A stretch of DNA of 64,000 nt from Octopus vulgaris. Lineage: Eukaryota. This document shows positions 1 through 11,555 of the stretch, in pieces (the first letter of the stretch is position 1; every line of letters starts with the position of its first letter). The notes below the pieces were generated by a model, which saw only the letters and a list, made by a program, of their open reading frames with translations, did not search any database and was not told the DNA's origin. The position numbers and the translations under genes are program-made. Location: the NCBI GenBank assembly GCA_951406725.2, contig OX597816.1, positions 85,622,001-85,686,000 on the forward strand, in the 5' to 3' direction.

Positions 1-784
1 TTAGCCATCATTGTATGTAACAAACTAAAGTAAACAACTTTTCATTAAAAACACAATGTCGGCAAATATAATAAGCAGTGACACTGTAGCTATTGAAATA
101 TGAGTATTCACGTGCTGAAATTTCAACATTGGATTGACGCAAAAACAGATAAATAATCTTTTTCAGTCCATTAAACAATTCTATATGAAGAAAAAGTAAT
201 TGCATCTGTCTATACCATACAATGTTGGTTGTGATGTGCAGATATATTCAACAGTATTGTATAGCATTCCAACACATTAGACATATAAGTAGAAAACTTT
301 TTCGACATTCTATTATATATATATATATATGTAAATGACCATGGAAGTAAATTATGATGAAGAAAACAAGAAAAATATGTTATTTGTTACGAAATATAAA
401 AACGAAATTCACTAGTGTAAATGTATCAATACCAAACAGAAATGAGTAATCAGCGCTTATACTGCATATAAGCAATATGCTAAACACTTATTTAAACAAT
501 TTTACATACAGTAATGGTGAATTAACATAAGTATTATGCATATCAAGTGAACGTATCTATAAGCTTGTGTGTCTCGTGTTTGTTTGTATGTGTATGTCTT
601 TGAGAATGTATATTGGTTGTATGATTTAGATTCCAAAACGGAGTGAAAATACACCTGAAGGGAAAGACATTTCATGTTCAAAATGGATTAAAATTTGTAT
701 TTTTTGAAACATTGCATAGAAAATTAGTTTCTCTCACTTCAGAATTTGCAGATAATGAATCTTTGCTTAAGTATATTATACATA

Positions 785-787
785 TGT

Positions 788-828
<41 letters not shown>

Positions 829-836
829 TGTATGTG

Positions 837-935
<99 letters not shown>

Positions 936-948
936 GTATATATATATG

Positions 949-979
<31 letters not shown>

Positions 980-998
980 GTATATATATATATATGTA
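785..998. repeat. Compound (TG)n-(TA)n microsatellite; host site of the tandem element
   Basis: Direct reading; the TA tract resumes at ~2861 on the far side of the insertion. Confidence 0.97.
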
Positions 999-2858
999 TT
1001 AAACCATTCTGTTGGCCTTCGTATCTCGACCAACATGTGTCCCCGCTACCGAAACGGTAATTATTTCTACGCCAGCTATGTTGTTGTTGTGTTTTTGTCT
1101 CATTTGGTCTAAAGTCGTATGACAACCACCGTTATATATATTTTGTTTATTCATTACTGTTTTCAATTTCGTTTTCGTCTCTTGTATTCACATCCGTCTT
1201 GTGCGTTCACATTCCTGTCTTCTACCAAGAAATCTAATGCTTACAGCTTAGTTTTTTTTCTTGGGGCTGGCCGAGTTGGAGCAAATATCAGAATTGAACA
1301 GCCGAAATTTGCTATGATGATTCGGTGTCTGACTGAAGATTGAAGGCTTCGAATGATTTGTCTGTGTTCCGTGTTCGTCCCTTCCTGTATTTCACGTTCA
1401 TTATATATAAAAACATTCATTCTTATATTATTGCGGCGTTACGTGCACCCCCCCCGTTTGTTTGTCCAATTTTAAACCCTGCACGACTTCTATACACACT
1501 GTCTTTTACTACCCGCCATTGCTTCTTCACCAAACTTTTTGGCGCCCTCCGATTCTTCCCTCTCTTCCTCCCATCCTCCTCCCCTCTTCCTCCCATCCTC
1601 CTTAATCCCTTCTTTCTCCTTTTCTCTTGGTCACTGATTCTGTCCCCTGCCTTCCACCCTCTTTTATTCCCTCTCTCTCTGTCTCTCTTTCTCTCTCTCC
1701 TGCGACCTGCTGCTTCTTAAACCATTCTGTTGGCCTTCGTATCTCGACCAACATGTGTCCCCGCTACCGAAACGGTAATTATTTCTACGCCAGCTATGTT
1801 GTTGTTGTGTTTTTGTCTCATTTGGTCTAAAGTCGTATGACAACCACCGTTATATATATTTTGTTTATTCATCACTGTTTTCAATTTCGTTTTCGTCTCT
1901 TGTATTCTCATCCGTCTTGTGCGTTCACATTCCTGTCTTCTACCAAGAAATCTAATGCTTACAGCTTAGTTTTTTTTCTTGGGGCTGGCCGAGTTGGAGC
2001 AAATATCAGAATTGAACAGCCGAAATTTGCTATGATGATTCGGTGTCTGACTGAAGATTGAAGGCTTCGAATGATTTGTCTGTGTTCCGTGTTCGTCCCT
2101 TCCTGTATTTCACGTTCATTATATATAAAAACATTCATTCTTATATTATTGCGGCGTTACGTGCACCCCCCCCCCCCGTTTGTTTGTCCAATTTTAAACC
2201 CTGCACGACTTCTATACACACTGTCTTTTACTACCCGCCATTGCTTCTTCACCAAACTTTTTGGCGCCCTCCGATTCTTCCCTCTCTTCCTCCCATCCTC
2301 CTCCCCTCCTCCTCATCCTTAATCCCTTCTTTCTCCTTTTCTCTTGGTCACTGATTCTGTCCCCTGCCTTCCACCCTCTTTGATTCCCTCTCTCTCTCTG
2401 TCTCTCTTTCTCTCTCTTCTGCGACCTGCTGCTTCTTAAACCATTCTGTTGGCCTTCGTATCTCGACCAACATGTGTCCCCGCTACCGAAACGGTAATTA
2501 TTTCTACGCCAGCTATGTTGTTGTTGTGTTTTTGTCTCATTTGGTCTAAAGTCGTATGACAACCACCGTTATATATATTTTGTTTATTCATTACTGTTTT
2601 CAATTTCGTTTTCGTCTCTTGTATTCACATCCGTCTTGTGCGTTCACATTCCTGTCTTCTACCAAGAAATCTAATGCTTACAGCTTAGTTTTTTTTCTTG
2701 GGGCTGGCCGAGTTGGAGCAAATATCAGAATTGAACAGCCGAAATTTGCTATGATGATTCGGTGTCTGACTGAAGATTGAAGGCTTCGAATGATTTGTCT
2801 GTGTTCCGTGTTCGTCCCTTCCTGTATTTCACGTTCATTATATATAAAAACATTCATT

Positions 2859-2865
<7 letters not shown>
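999..2865 (+). mobile_element. Non-coding PLE-related element in a partial tandem array A-B-A-B-A (period 718/719 bp), inserted in (TA)n
   Basis: TTAAACCATTCTGTTGGCC recurs at 999, 1717 and 2436, and the copies are nearly identical. A is ~430 bp; B is ~290 bp and pyrimidine-rich. The B/A junction CTGCTGCTTCTTAAACCAT...CTTCGTATC resembles CTGCTGCTGATTAAACCATCAATCTTCGTATC in the 3' region of the PLE at ~61027-61058. Confidence 0.8.
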
Positions 2866-2939
<74 letters not shown>

Positions 2940-2949
2940 GTATGTATAA

Positions 2950-3146
2950 TTAGCTCGTTATGACAACATCTATTAGAGATGAAAGCAGCAAAGCAGTATT
3001 TATGCTGAGAAGTAATATTCATCACCACCATGAAAGAGGCGTCCTCGCGAGGTTAAAATAGCAGTGTGTCTGTTCTAATAGAACACCAGTGCTTCTCAGT
3101 ATAGATACTACTTTCGTCTCTAATAGAGACATTCTTAACGAACTAG
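2950..3146. mobile_element. MITE-like element with ~55-65 bp imperfect terminal inverted repeats
   Basis: Left arm TAGCTCGTTATGACAACATCTATTAGAGATGAAAG...TATTTATGCTGAGAAG matches the reverse complement of the right arm, TAGTTCGTTAAGAATGTCTCTATTAGAGACGAAAG...TATCTATACTGAGAAG. Confidence 0.6.
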
Positions 3147-3433
3147 TGTTCTAGTTGCAAAACCAGTGAGTGTGTGACACTGTTTTGCTATATATTTCAA
3201 GCTGGGGTAAACTACCGCTATGGCTAAAAAACCGGCCTCCTGTGCTTTTCGTTCGGGATTGATCGTTGTCTCCCTTGTTTGGTCAGAATCAGTAGCCAAT
3301 GCCGCTCAAGTTTATTGAATTTGAATTGAAACGAAGGTGACGTAAATTCATCAAAGTTTTAGTACTTACGTCATCTACTATAGATTCCTTTCTTCTATAC
3401 GAACTCCCAAATATATATGCGCACACATTTATG

Positions 3434-3471
<38 letters not shown>

Positions 3472-3574
3472 TGTGTGTGTGTGTGTGTGTGTGTTTGTAT
3501 GCGCACACATTTATATATATTTACATTAATATAAGCGTCTCTAGTCTCATAACTTATGTCTGTGCATGCGTGGG

Positions 3575-3925
3575 TACGGCAGTTAGCTGGCATTTTGTCA
3601 GTCTTTACTTTGAGTTCAACTACGCATTTCATACTCTCAGTGTCGATAAAATAAGTACCAACTGAGCACTGGGCCGACGTAATCGACCTAACCCTCTTTA
3701 GGCCTCTGCCAAAATTTGGAACTAACGAAAGGATCACCGCCTGAAATTTTGTGGTGGTGTGATTTAATCGATTCTATTGACCCCAGAGCTCGACTGGTAC
3801 ATATTTTACAAACTCCAAGTGGACGAAAGGCAAAGTTCATTTCGGCAGCATTTGTGTTCAGGAGATAAATTCTAAAGAAATACCACTAACCATCTTGTCT
3901 GGCTTGCAAACGATTCTGCTTGCTC
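3575..3925. mobile_element. Two decayed Nin/Deu-domain-type SINEs, tail to tail (+ ~3575-3725, - ~3740-3925)
   Basis: TTTCATACTCTCAGTGTCGATAAAATAAGTACCA on + and its reverse counterpart TGGTACATATTTTAC...GAAAGGCAAAGT; same family as 40091 and 41040. Confidence 0.65.
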
Positions 3926-6141
3926 AACGCATTAATAGATTCACACACTCACGCACACATGCGCGCGTATGTTCGTATATATACTTACGTGCACACAAAC
4001 GCACACACACGCACGTAAGTACGTGTAGTGTAAATATTAAGAAGAATAAATATGACCACGCTTGGATGAATTTCTCTAAAAGTTGTAATAACCTAACTCT
4101 TTAAAATAACATGAAAATACCCCAATCTGTCGGATGTTTGTCTTTCAGTATAAAGAGAAAAAATATAGAGGGAATGATAAACAGAAATAATCAATGGGAA
4201 ATGAAAATGAGTGTTTCTTGATACTGAACCGAGACCATCCAATTTGATAAATCAAATTCATGTAATTTTAGTCGGGTAGCTAAAACCTGAATGCGGCTGT
4301 TTTATTGCTCACTTTAAAGAAAAAAAATGAACAACAAGCCAATGCGAGATCCATCTTAAAATCTGATATGGTGCTTGCATCTTTTCTTTATAGCTTAGGT
4401 TTGCATTGTATACCTTTCATTCATGGATAAACCCAAGTAATAGAAACATACATGAGCGTATAACATTCATACTTGCGTTGAACACACAAACACGCACACG
4501 TATACATGCATATACATGTGCTCCTTCCTACACACACTCGCATGGATAGTTGTATGTACATGCTTCCATGTATATGTGTAGTTATAAATATATACATATA
4601 TATACATACGCATTGACATGTATATGCATACGTACGCACACATATTCGCAAACACACCTGCCTTCTGGATGCATGTGAGCGCGTGTGCGTTTGTGTGCGC
4701 GCCTGCGTGTGTCTGTGTTTGTGTGTGAGAATATGGGTGCAAGTGAATTACATGTACAGGAAGATAATGTGAAAGGAAAATAGATTGAAGTGTGTGTCTG
4801 TATAATAGTTATATACGTTAGTGATTCGGAAACGTGTTTGGGAGATTGATGTGTGTTCCCATTTACGGAAAGAGTAAAGGATCTGTAAGCCTTGTAATTT
4901 CTCTTTTTCACATTATCAGTGAACCTCACCTTCAAGCAATCCTTCAATTTCTCTTCTTTTTCTTTGTGCGCGAAACGAAAATCTGCCTGTATTCTTACCA
5001 AATTAACGTGAATGTAATATTATATGTGGTTCTACATGCAGATTAACCCGAATATCATGCGTATGATAAATACTTCAGCTGTCAAAAAGCACTTGTATAT
5101 CTTTTTTTAAAGAATTTCCTCGTAGAAGATATCACAGTGACTGAATATATAGTAACGAATTAAAAGGTCTTTAGTAGGTGAGGTCACATTATCTTCAAAT
5201 CACCACTGGGTTCACACTGACTTTTACATTTGGGATCCATCATAGGAGTAACATGTTAATGCTTTTGGTAAAAAGACAATATACATTCTCACTAAAATGT
5301 ATGTTCCACTACTTTTGTTGCAAATCATATCTTTTCTAAGAAATAATTCTTTAAATTGCTTATGTAATTGATATTAATGTGAACAATCAATATTGACTTT
5401 TATAATTTGTTAATGAATTTTACATAAGTATGTAGAGGATTGGTATAAAATATCGGATTTGGGATTAGAGTAATTGTCTATATTTAGTTGCATGTTTTAA
5501 CCGTATATATTAAACCATTGTTGTAATCACATAATGGGTTTCATAAAATACACCGTACCACGACGTCAACTTTATAAAAATAGATACAAACACACGTATA
5601 AATATTTATATAAATATATATATATAAATACAAACACATACATACATACATATGTATACATCGATGTATGTATAAACATTGATTTTAACGCATTTTATGT
5701 GATGACTCTGGAAGACAAGTTGTTATGCTGACAAAATCACCGTGTAAGTATGAAGCTATGCTTATATGAACGAGTGTACATATCAAATAATAGCCTTACC
5801 CTCTCTCTCCCTAAATGTATATACATACATAAACATATATATATATATACGCACACACACACACACACATTCATACCTACAGCATTGCATAACAAGTACT
5901 AATGGTTTTGCGTAATTCACATTAATGTAATGCAGAGTTCAATCATACGAGTGAAAATCTGATTTTTCTCTCTTCACAATTAATTAATGATTATAGAGAA
6001 GGTGATAGGCTGATCGATCAGTATTTTTATAGCGGATCTTAAACATGATTGCTTTACATACGATTATGGAGTTATATACAGTAATTATGTTTTTAGTATC
6101 GCATGTAAACGAAATATTGAGCAGCAGCTGAAACTAAAAAA

Positions 6142-6298
6142 TAGTCTAATATTGGGGTATATAAGCCCTCGACGGAAAAAAAGTAGGCTTTGCCGTACGC
6201 ATCGGGATCGAACCCACTTTATGTGTTCGAGTCTCATGCGTAAGATAAACCCTAGATTTTTTTTCCGTTAAAGACGCATATGCCCTAATATTAGTCCA
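6142..6298. mobile_element. Imperfect ~157 bp palindrome (MITE-like) with a B-box-like motif in each arm
   Basis: Left TAGTCTAATATTGGGGTATAT...ACGGAAAAAAAGTAGG...TACGCATCGGGATCGAACCCA versus right-arm reverse complement TGGACTAATATTAGGGCATAT...ACGGAAAAAAAATCTAGG...TACGCATGAGACTCGAACACA. Confidence 0.65.
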
Positions 6299-6451
6299 TA
6301 TATTAAAAATGATACACTATATATATTAAAAATGATACACTCAAGACATTCTCAAGAATTCATTAAAAAGCAGTCCATAACGTAATCCATAACGTGCCAG
6401 TTTTAAGCCATTTGAACAATTAGCACCTTACTACTTTCACACTAACTACAT

Positions 6452-6473
6452 TCCTTCTTATTCTCCCTTCTCT

Positions 6474-6518
<45 letters not shown>

Positions 6519-6968
6519 TTCTTCTCCTCCTTCTTCTTCTTCCCCGTGCTCTCCTCCTCCTTCATCTTCTTCTTCTTCTTCTTCTTCTTCTTCTTCTTCT
6601 TCTTCTTCTTCTTCTTCTTCTTCATCTTCTTCTTCTTCATTTTCTTCTTTGTCTCCTTCCTAAATTTACCACTATTGCTGTTTAGAATAACACCTACGAA
6701 AATTATATAAACAAAATATTGAAAAGAGATATTTTCATGAATTGAACAGTGACTGCTACCATCCACAGCGGGTCATTTTCGGGGCAGCAGCGCAGCTGAC
6801 CATTCAACATACTACTGTCATGGCATTCCAACATTCTTCTTCCTGTTTTCACCTTCTTCTTCTTCTCTTTCTCCTCCTCCTCCTGCTGCTGCTGCTCCTC
6901 CTTCTTCTTCTTCTCCTCTCCTCCTCCTCCTCCTCCTTCTCTTCTTCTTCTTCTTCTTCTTCTTCCCT
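6452..6968. repeat. (TTC)n/(CTC)n trinucleotide tracts
   Basis: Direct reading: two tracts at ~6452-6660 and ~6835-6968. Confidence 0.9.
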
Positions 6969-6989
6969 ATAGAAATCACAACGACCTCG

Positions 6990-7170
6990 AACCCACAAGA
7001 GTAAACAAGAGAGACAGAGATAGATAGACAAGGAAAATGCCACTAGTATTTGAACATAACTTTTCTAAATTCAATTGTTTTCCATGTTGAAATAGTCTCA
7101 ATACTGAAACCGTTACTGAAATGCTTTTTATAAAATTATTTTAGCTTTTACTATTGACTTTTTTTCCATA
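6990..7170 (+). mobile_element. PLE pseudo-LTR remnant with a variant hammerhead-like motif
   Basis: AAGGAAAATGCCACTAGTATTTGAA...GTTGAAATAGTCTCAATACTGAAACCGTTACT...AAAATTATTTTAGC is homologous to 61150-61330 and to the reverse complement of 21520-21690; ends in (TA)n. Confidence 0.65.
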
Positions 7171-7205
7171 TATATAGATACATACACATACACACACACA
7201 TTTAT

Positions 7206-7273
<68 letters not shown>

Positions 7274-7306
7274 GGAGAGATTGATTGAGAGATGTATATA
7301 TACATA

Positions 7307-7350
<44 letters not shown>

Positions 7351-7734
7351 GTGCTTGTGCTCCGCAGTAAGCTCTCTTGGCAGCCCTCCTGCACAGATTT
7401 TTTAGAAACCGAACTCATCGTGGGTGATTTGTTAGGCAGAACAATGACTAATCTGCAGAGAACGAGCTACCTCATCGATGACAACTCGACGGTTAAGCAT
7501 TACCATCTCACGAGTTTGGTAAATCTTCCCGTCATTGGTGGGGGTTGACGTCTTGCTCCTTCGTACGTCACGCTTGTCCAGCCACATTAATATTTCTCGA
7601 TCCAATCATATGCGGTAGAGAAATCTGCCCGCATTATGCTATGAATTTCAGCACCTGACACACCATCCGACCAGAAAAAATTGGATCACTGCTCTTTGTT
7701 CTTCTTTGGTGCATATTTCTAGTGGAGCGGCCAT
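7351..7734 (-). pseudogene. Decayed mariner (Tc1/mariner) transposase, N-terminal HTH region
   Basis: Minus-strand translation across frameshifts: MAAPLEICTKEEQRAVIQFF-WSDGVSGAEIH...[41 protein letters not shown]. The last segment is a decayed WVPHEL linker motif. Truncated at a TA microsatellite. Confidence 0.88.
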
Positions 7735-8406
7735 GTCTACACTGTAAAGCTACAAAAACAAAAAGGCGCGATCAGGCTCAAACTTCGATCACGTGACCAC
7801 AATAGCACCATCTCTAAGCAAGCATGCACAGAAGGCATTGTGAAAATAAGAAAAATATATTAAGGTGAAAGTGCGAATCATGTTTGACTTTGAAACTAAT
7901 AACATTATATTCATCATACTTGGGATTTGATGCTAGAAATTAGCTTCGGACGTCGTATCCTTTATAACGTACACTTTAGTGTAGGATATTATATACTATA
8001 TTGTATTATATTACATATATGCTATGTATTATGTCTATGTGATGTATTATATGTAATATTACACTATGGTAACCCCTGCTTATTTAGTATGATTATATAC
8101 TATAAAGTGTTTACACTGTTCTTTCCTTCAATTCCATGACGTTCCACAATATCAGTCACATTAAATATATGTATAGTGAGTTATGAGATAGTAGTCCTTC
8201 TTTGACTAAACCTACACTCCCTAAGATTTATACAATCATACATACAATAGCACTCTTAATATTGTAATTTATAAAACCACATCCTCATCTGTATTCATAA
8301 CGTAATCTACTTTGATATGAATACTTGAATTGTCCTCATTATTTGCATACTTATTAGCTTTTAGATTATCTGTTATCTTTTCCTGCTTTTATTTTTAATC
8401 GCCAGT

Positions 8407-8496
<90 letters not shown>

Positions 8497-8784
8497 CTTA
8501 TTAATTTTATATATGTATATATATTTTTATTAATTTTTTATTATTATTTTGTTTCTTATCGTTGTATATTTTCCTTATTAATATATTGCCCTTTATATTT
8601 TATTTTTAAGTAGTATTGAATTTCTTTATAGTTTGCATTCCCGTTTCCCTTCCCATATACTGGTAAAACTTTCTATGAGTCGTGAAGTATGTTACATCTT
8701 CCCTCTGCACATATGCATAAATATCGGTTAATATAGATCTTAAATTGATATTTTTCATTTACTTGTAATTACACCATATAATAA

Positions 8785-8934
<150 letters not shown>

Positions 8935-8939
8935 CTTTT

Positions 8940-9600
8940 TTGTATATGTATGTGTATGCCATATTTTTATGCTGTTAAATCTACTTATATCAGTACACAC
9001 TTTTCAAAGCTGTTAAATTCTTCTTGTATACTTACATTTAATTATGTCTATGTGTTATTATCTTTTTTCTGACCCCTTACTTCCAATCAATAGATAAAAT
9101 GTATATTTTTCCTGAAAATTCCATATGCAAGTCATGATCATCGTTTCAGTGGCCTTTGTAGCGACCACCTAATAGTTATGTAATGCTGAGGTATTAGGGT
9201 GATTCTACATAGTTGTTATCTTTTTGATGTTTAAACTGGTCTGTATATCCCTCTTAGTTAACATGATTTTGATATCTCTTTTTAAAATTAAAATTTTAAA
9301 AATATTAATTTTATTTTTACACAACATAATATTACACGTTTTTTTGTTATACCTTGATTATAATCTTTTTCCCCGCTGAGCCTTTAATGTTTTTCGAGAT
9401 CCCAGTATAGCATCCTAACTGAAAATAATGACAAGAGTTAATGTCACCCCCTACACTACCTCTTTATGGGCATTTACTGCTATCCAATTCATTCCTTCTA
9501 AAGTTTGTTTCCTTTTGTTGTGCGGAGTACTTATGGCTGTAATTAATTAAGAAATTAAGGAATAGGAGAAACATCTAGTATTATTTATTCAGGACCAGCT
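8940..9600 (-). pseudogene. Possible very old PLE GIY-YIG remnant
   Basis: Scattered minus-strand peptides (YTGISKN, FKKRYQNHV) resemble the GIY-YIG YIG...FKxRYxNH pattern; heavily disrupted. Confidence 0.25.
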
Positions 9601-10104
9601 GCCAACTCTGAGTTGGCAACTCACAATTTTGTTTATTAGCAATTAACTTATATATTCTAGCCTTAGATATATTGCTGATGATAAGAAGGTCGATAAAAAA
9701 AATTAGAAATGATTTATAATCCTCAGGTTCCCTCTGTGTTCCATACACTCTGAAACTGTAGTTCTTCTCTTAGATTATTCTTACTGCAATAGTGGCAACA
9801 TGAAATTCTTTCATCCTCTAGCTCTGATAAAATATTTGAGGAAAATTATATTAATATATATTGTCTCTTGTAAATCCATTTTCATTGCAACTGAAAGTAG
9901 CACTGAATTTAAATAAATGTAATCCGTGCATTGTTAAATTAAATAGAGCCGCTTGAATCGGTCGTATTGAACTAATACTGTTACTTATTTTGATTTTTCT
10001 CACCTTACTTCGAGCTGTGCGGATAATACCACACTAACTTTGTGCCTCAACTTAATTACCTAATTCAACTGAATGTGTGTATGTGTATGTGCACGCGCGC
10101 ATGT

Positions 10105-11010
10105 ATATAAATCTCAAAAACGGAAGAACATAAAGGATGGCAATAAAAACATACAGACAGATGGAAAATACAAAGAGTGGCAGGAAAAATAGGACGGAAA
10201 ATTTGTGGCTTTCTATTCTTCAGTCAAGCTTCCAATCATTATTACAGTTGCGGCCTATTACACTTGAGATTGTTCAAAATTGGTTGGCCGCAAAACTCTA
10301 AGCTAGGGTATTAAAGTTTTGGAAGAAAGCGAGCGACAGAAAGAAAAAGGAAAACGGAGAGAATGTTACACGATTGCAACAAGAATAACAGGTATCTTTC
10401 GACTAAAATGATAAGTTAAGCTGAATTAGCGTGTAAAGTGGAAGCCTTACAGCACAAATATAGATGAAAGTCAGGAGACAGGAAAATAAGGTGTCGTGCG
10501 AGCAGCGATCAGGCTAAGAAAGAAAGATCATGCTTGGCCGAGCCCTGAGCACGTGAGAGGAACAGAGAGGGTTTGGGAGAAGCGGGATTGAAGAATTAGG
10601 GAAGGAATTAGAGAGAAAGAGAGAGAGAGAGAGAAAGAGACAGGGAAAAGTACAATGGAGATAACAGAGGAAAGTGAAGAGATTAAAGAAAGAGAAATGT
10701 GAGAGAATGGGAGCGAGAAAAGAAAAATGCAAAGAAAGAGAATGCCAAGAAAGTGAGAGATGGGGAGCAATAAAAAGAGAAAGAGTAAAGAAAGAAGGAA
10801 GTCGTACAGAATTTAGATATATACTTACAAGTTGAACGAAAGGTGCACGTACACCGCTATATGTATATATAAATTCCCAAACCGGAAGAACATAACGGAG
10901 GACGATAAAAAGATACGGACAGATGGACGATAGAAAAACGGACAGGAAAAGCAGCACGAACATTTGTGGCTTTCTATTCATCAGTCAAGCTTCCAATCAT
11001 CTTTACAGTT
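10105..11010 (-). mobile_element. Diverged member of the 999-2865 family, also a partial tandem (partial A - B - A, period ~762 bp), between microsatellites
   Basis: GGAAGAACATAA(A/C)GGA and ATTTGTGGCTTTCTATTC(T/A)TCAGTCAAGCTTCCAATCAT each occur twice (~10122/10884 and ~10201/10962). The reverse complement contains GCGGTGTACGTGCACC...CTGTACGACTTC, matching the start of segment B at 1433-1490. Confidence 0.7.
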
Positions 11011-11022
11011 TCACACACAGAC

Positions 11023-11181
<159 letters not shown>

Positions 11182-11182
11182 G

Positions 11183-11483
11183 ATGCGCAATGGCCTAGTA
11201 GTTAGGGCAGCGAACTCACGGTCGTAGGATCGCGGTTTCGATTCCATCCGGGAGTTGTGAGTATTTATTGAGCGAAAACACCTAACGCTCCGCGAGGCTC
11301 CGGCAGGGATTGGTGGTTATCCTTGCTGTACTTTATTGCCACAACTTTCACTCTTTCTTCTGTTGGCCTGCTCTCTTAGCCAGTGGGGTGTCGTCATTTG
11401 AAGGCTAAAACAATGCGAAGTACATGGTGACCAGCGATGTGTAGCAATATCTGATAGCCTGGTCGGTCACGGTGATCACGGTG
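11183..11483 (+). mobile_element. tRNA-derived SINE (A box TGGCCTAGTAGTTAG, B box GGTTTCGATTCC), short (TCACGGTGA) tail
   Basis: Pol III boxes present. The central block GCTCCGCGAGGCTCCGGCAG...GCCACAACTTTCACTCTTTC is shared with the SINE at 41828-42118. Confidence 0.85.
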
Positions 11484-11503
11484 TTATATACATACATACA
11501 TAA

Positions 11504-11555
<52 letters not shown>

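Noticed and set aside
643-1125. Long YI/CV/TH-repeat ORFs here and throughout the window
   Set aside because: Translations of (TA)n, (TG)n, (TATC)n and trinucleotide microsatellites; not genes.
1119-2780. Triplicated 74-aa [13 protein letters not shown]...
   Set aside because: Arises from the tandem repeat; no domain recognised and no matching ORF appears in the track for the diverged copies.
999-2865. CRISPR array or LTR-retrotransposon (TRIM) reading
   Set aside because: No short repeat with unique spacers; segment A lacks TG...CA termini and there is no evident PBS or polypurine tract (B is pyrimidine-rich on this strand).
3230-3318. Short ORF MAKKPASCAFRSGLIVVSLVWSESVANAAQVY
   Set aside because: Only ~32 aa, with no splice donor or recognisable homology.
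11183-11250. tRNA gene
   Set aside because: A and B boxes are present but continue into SINE body; no complete cloverleaf or terminator.
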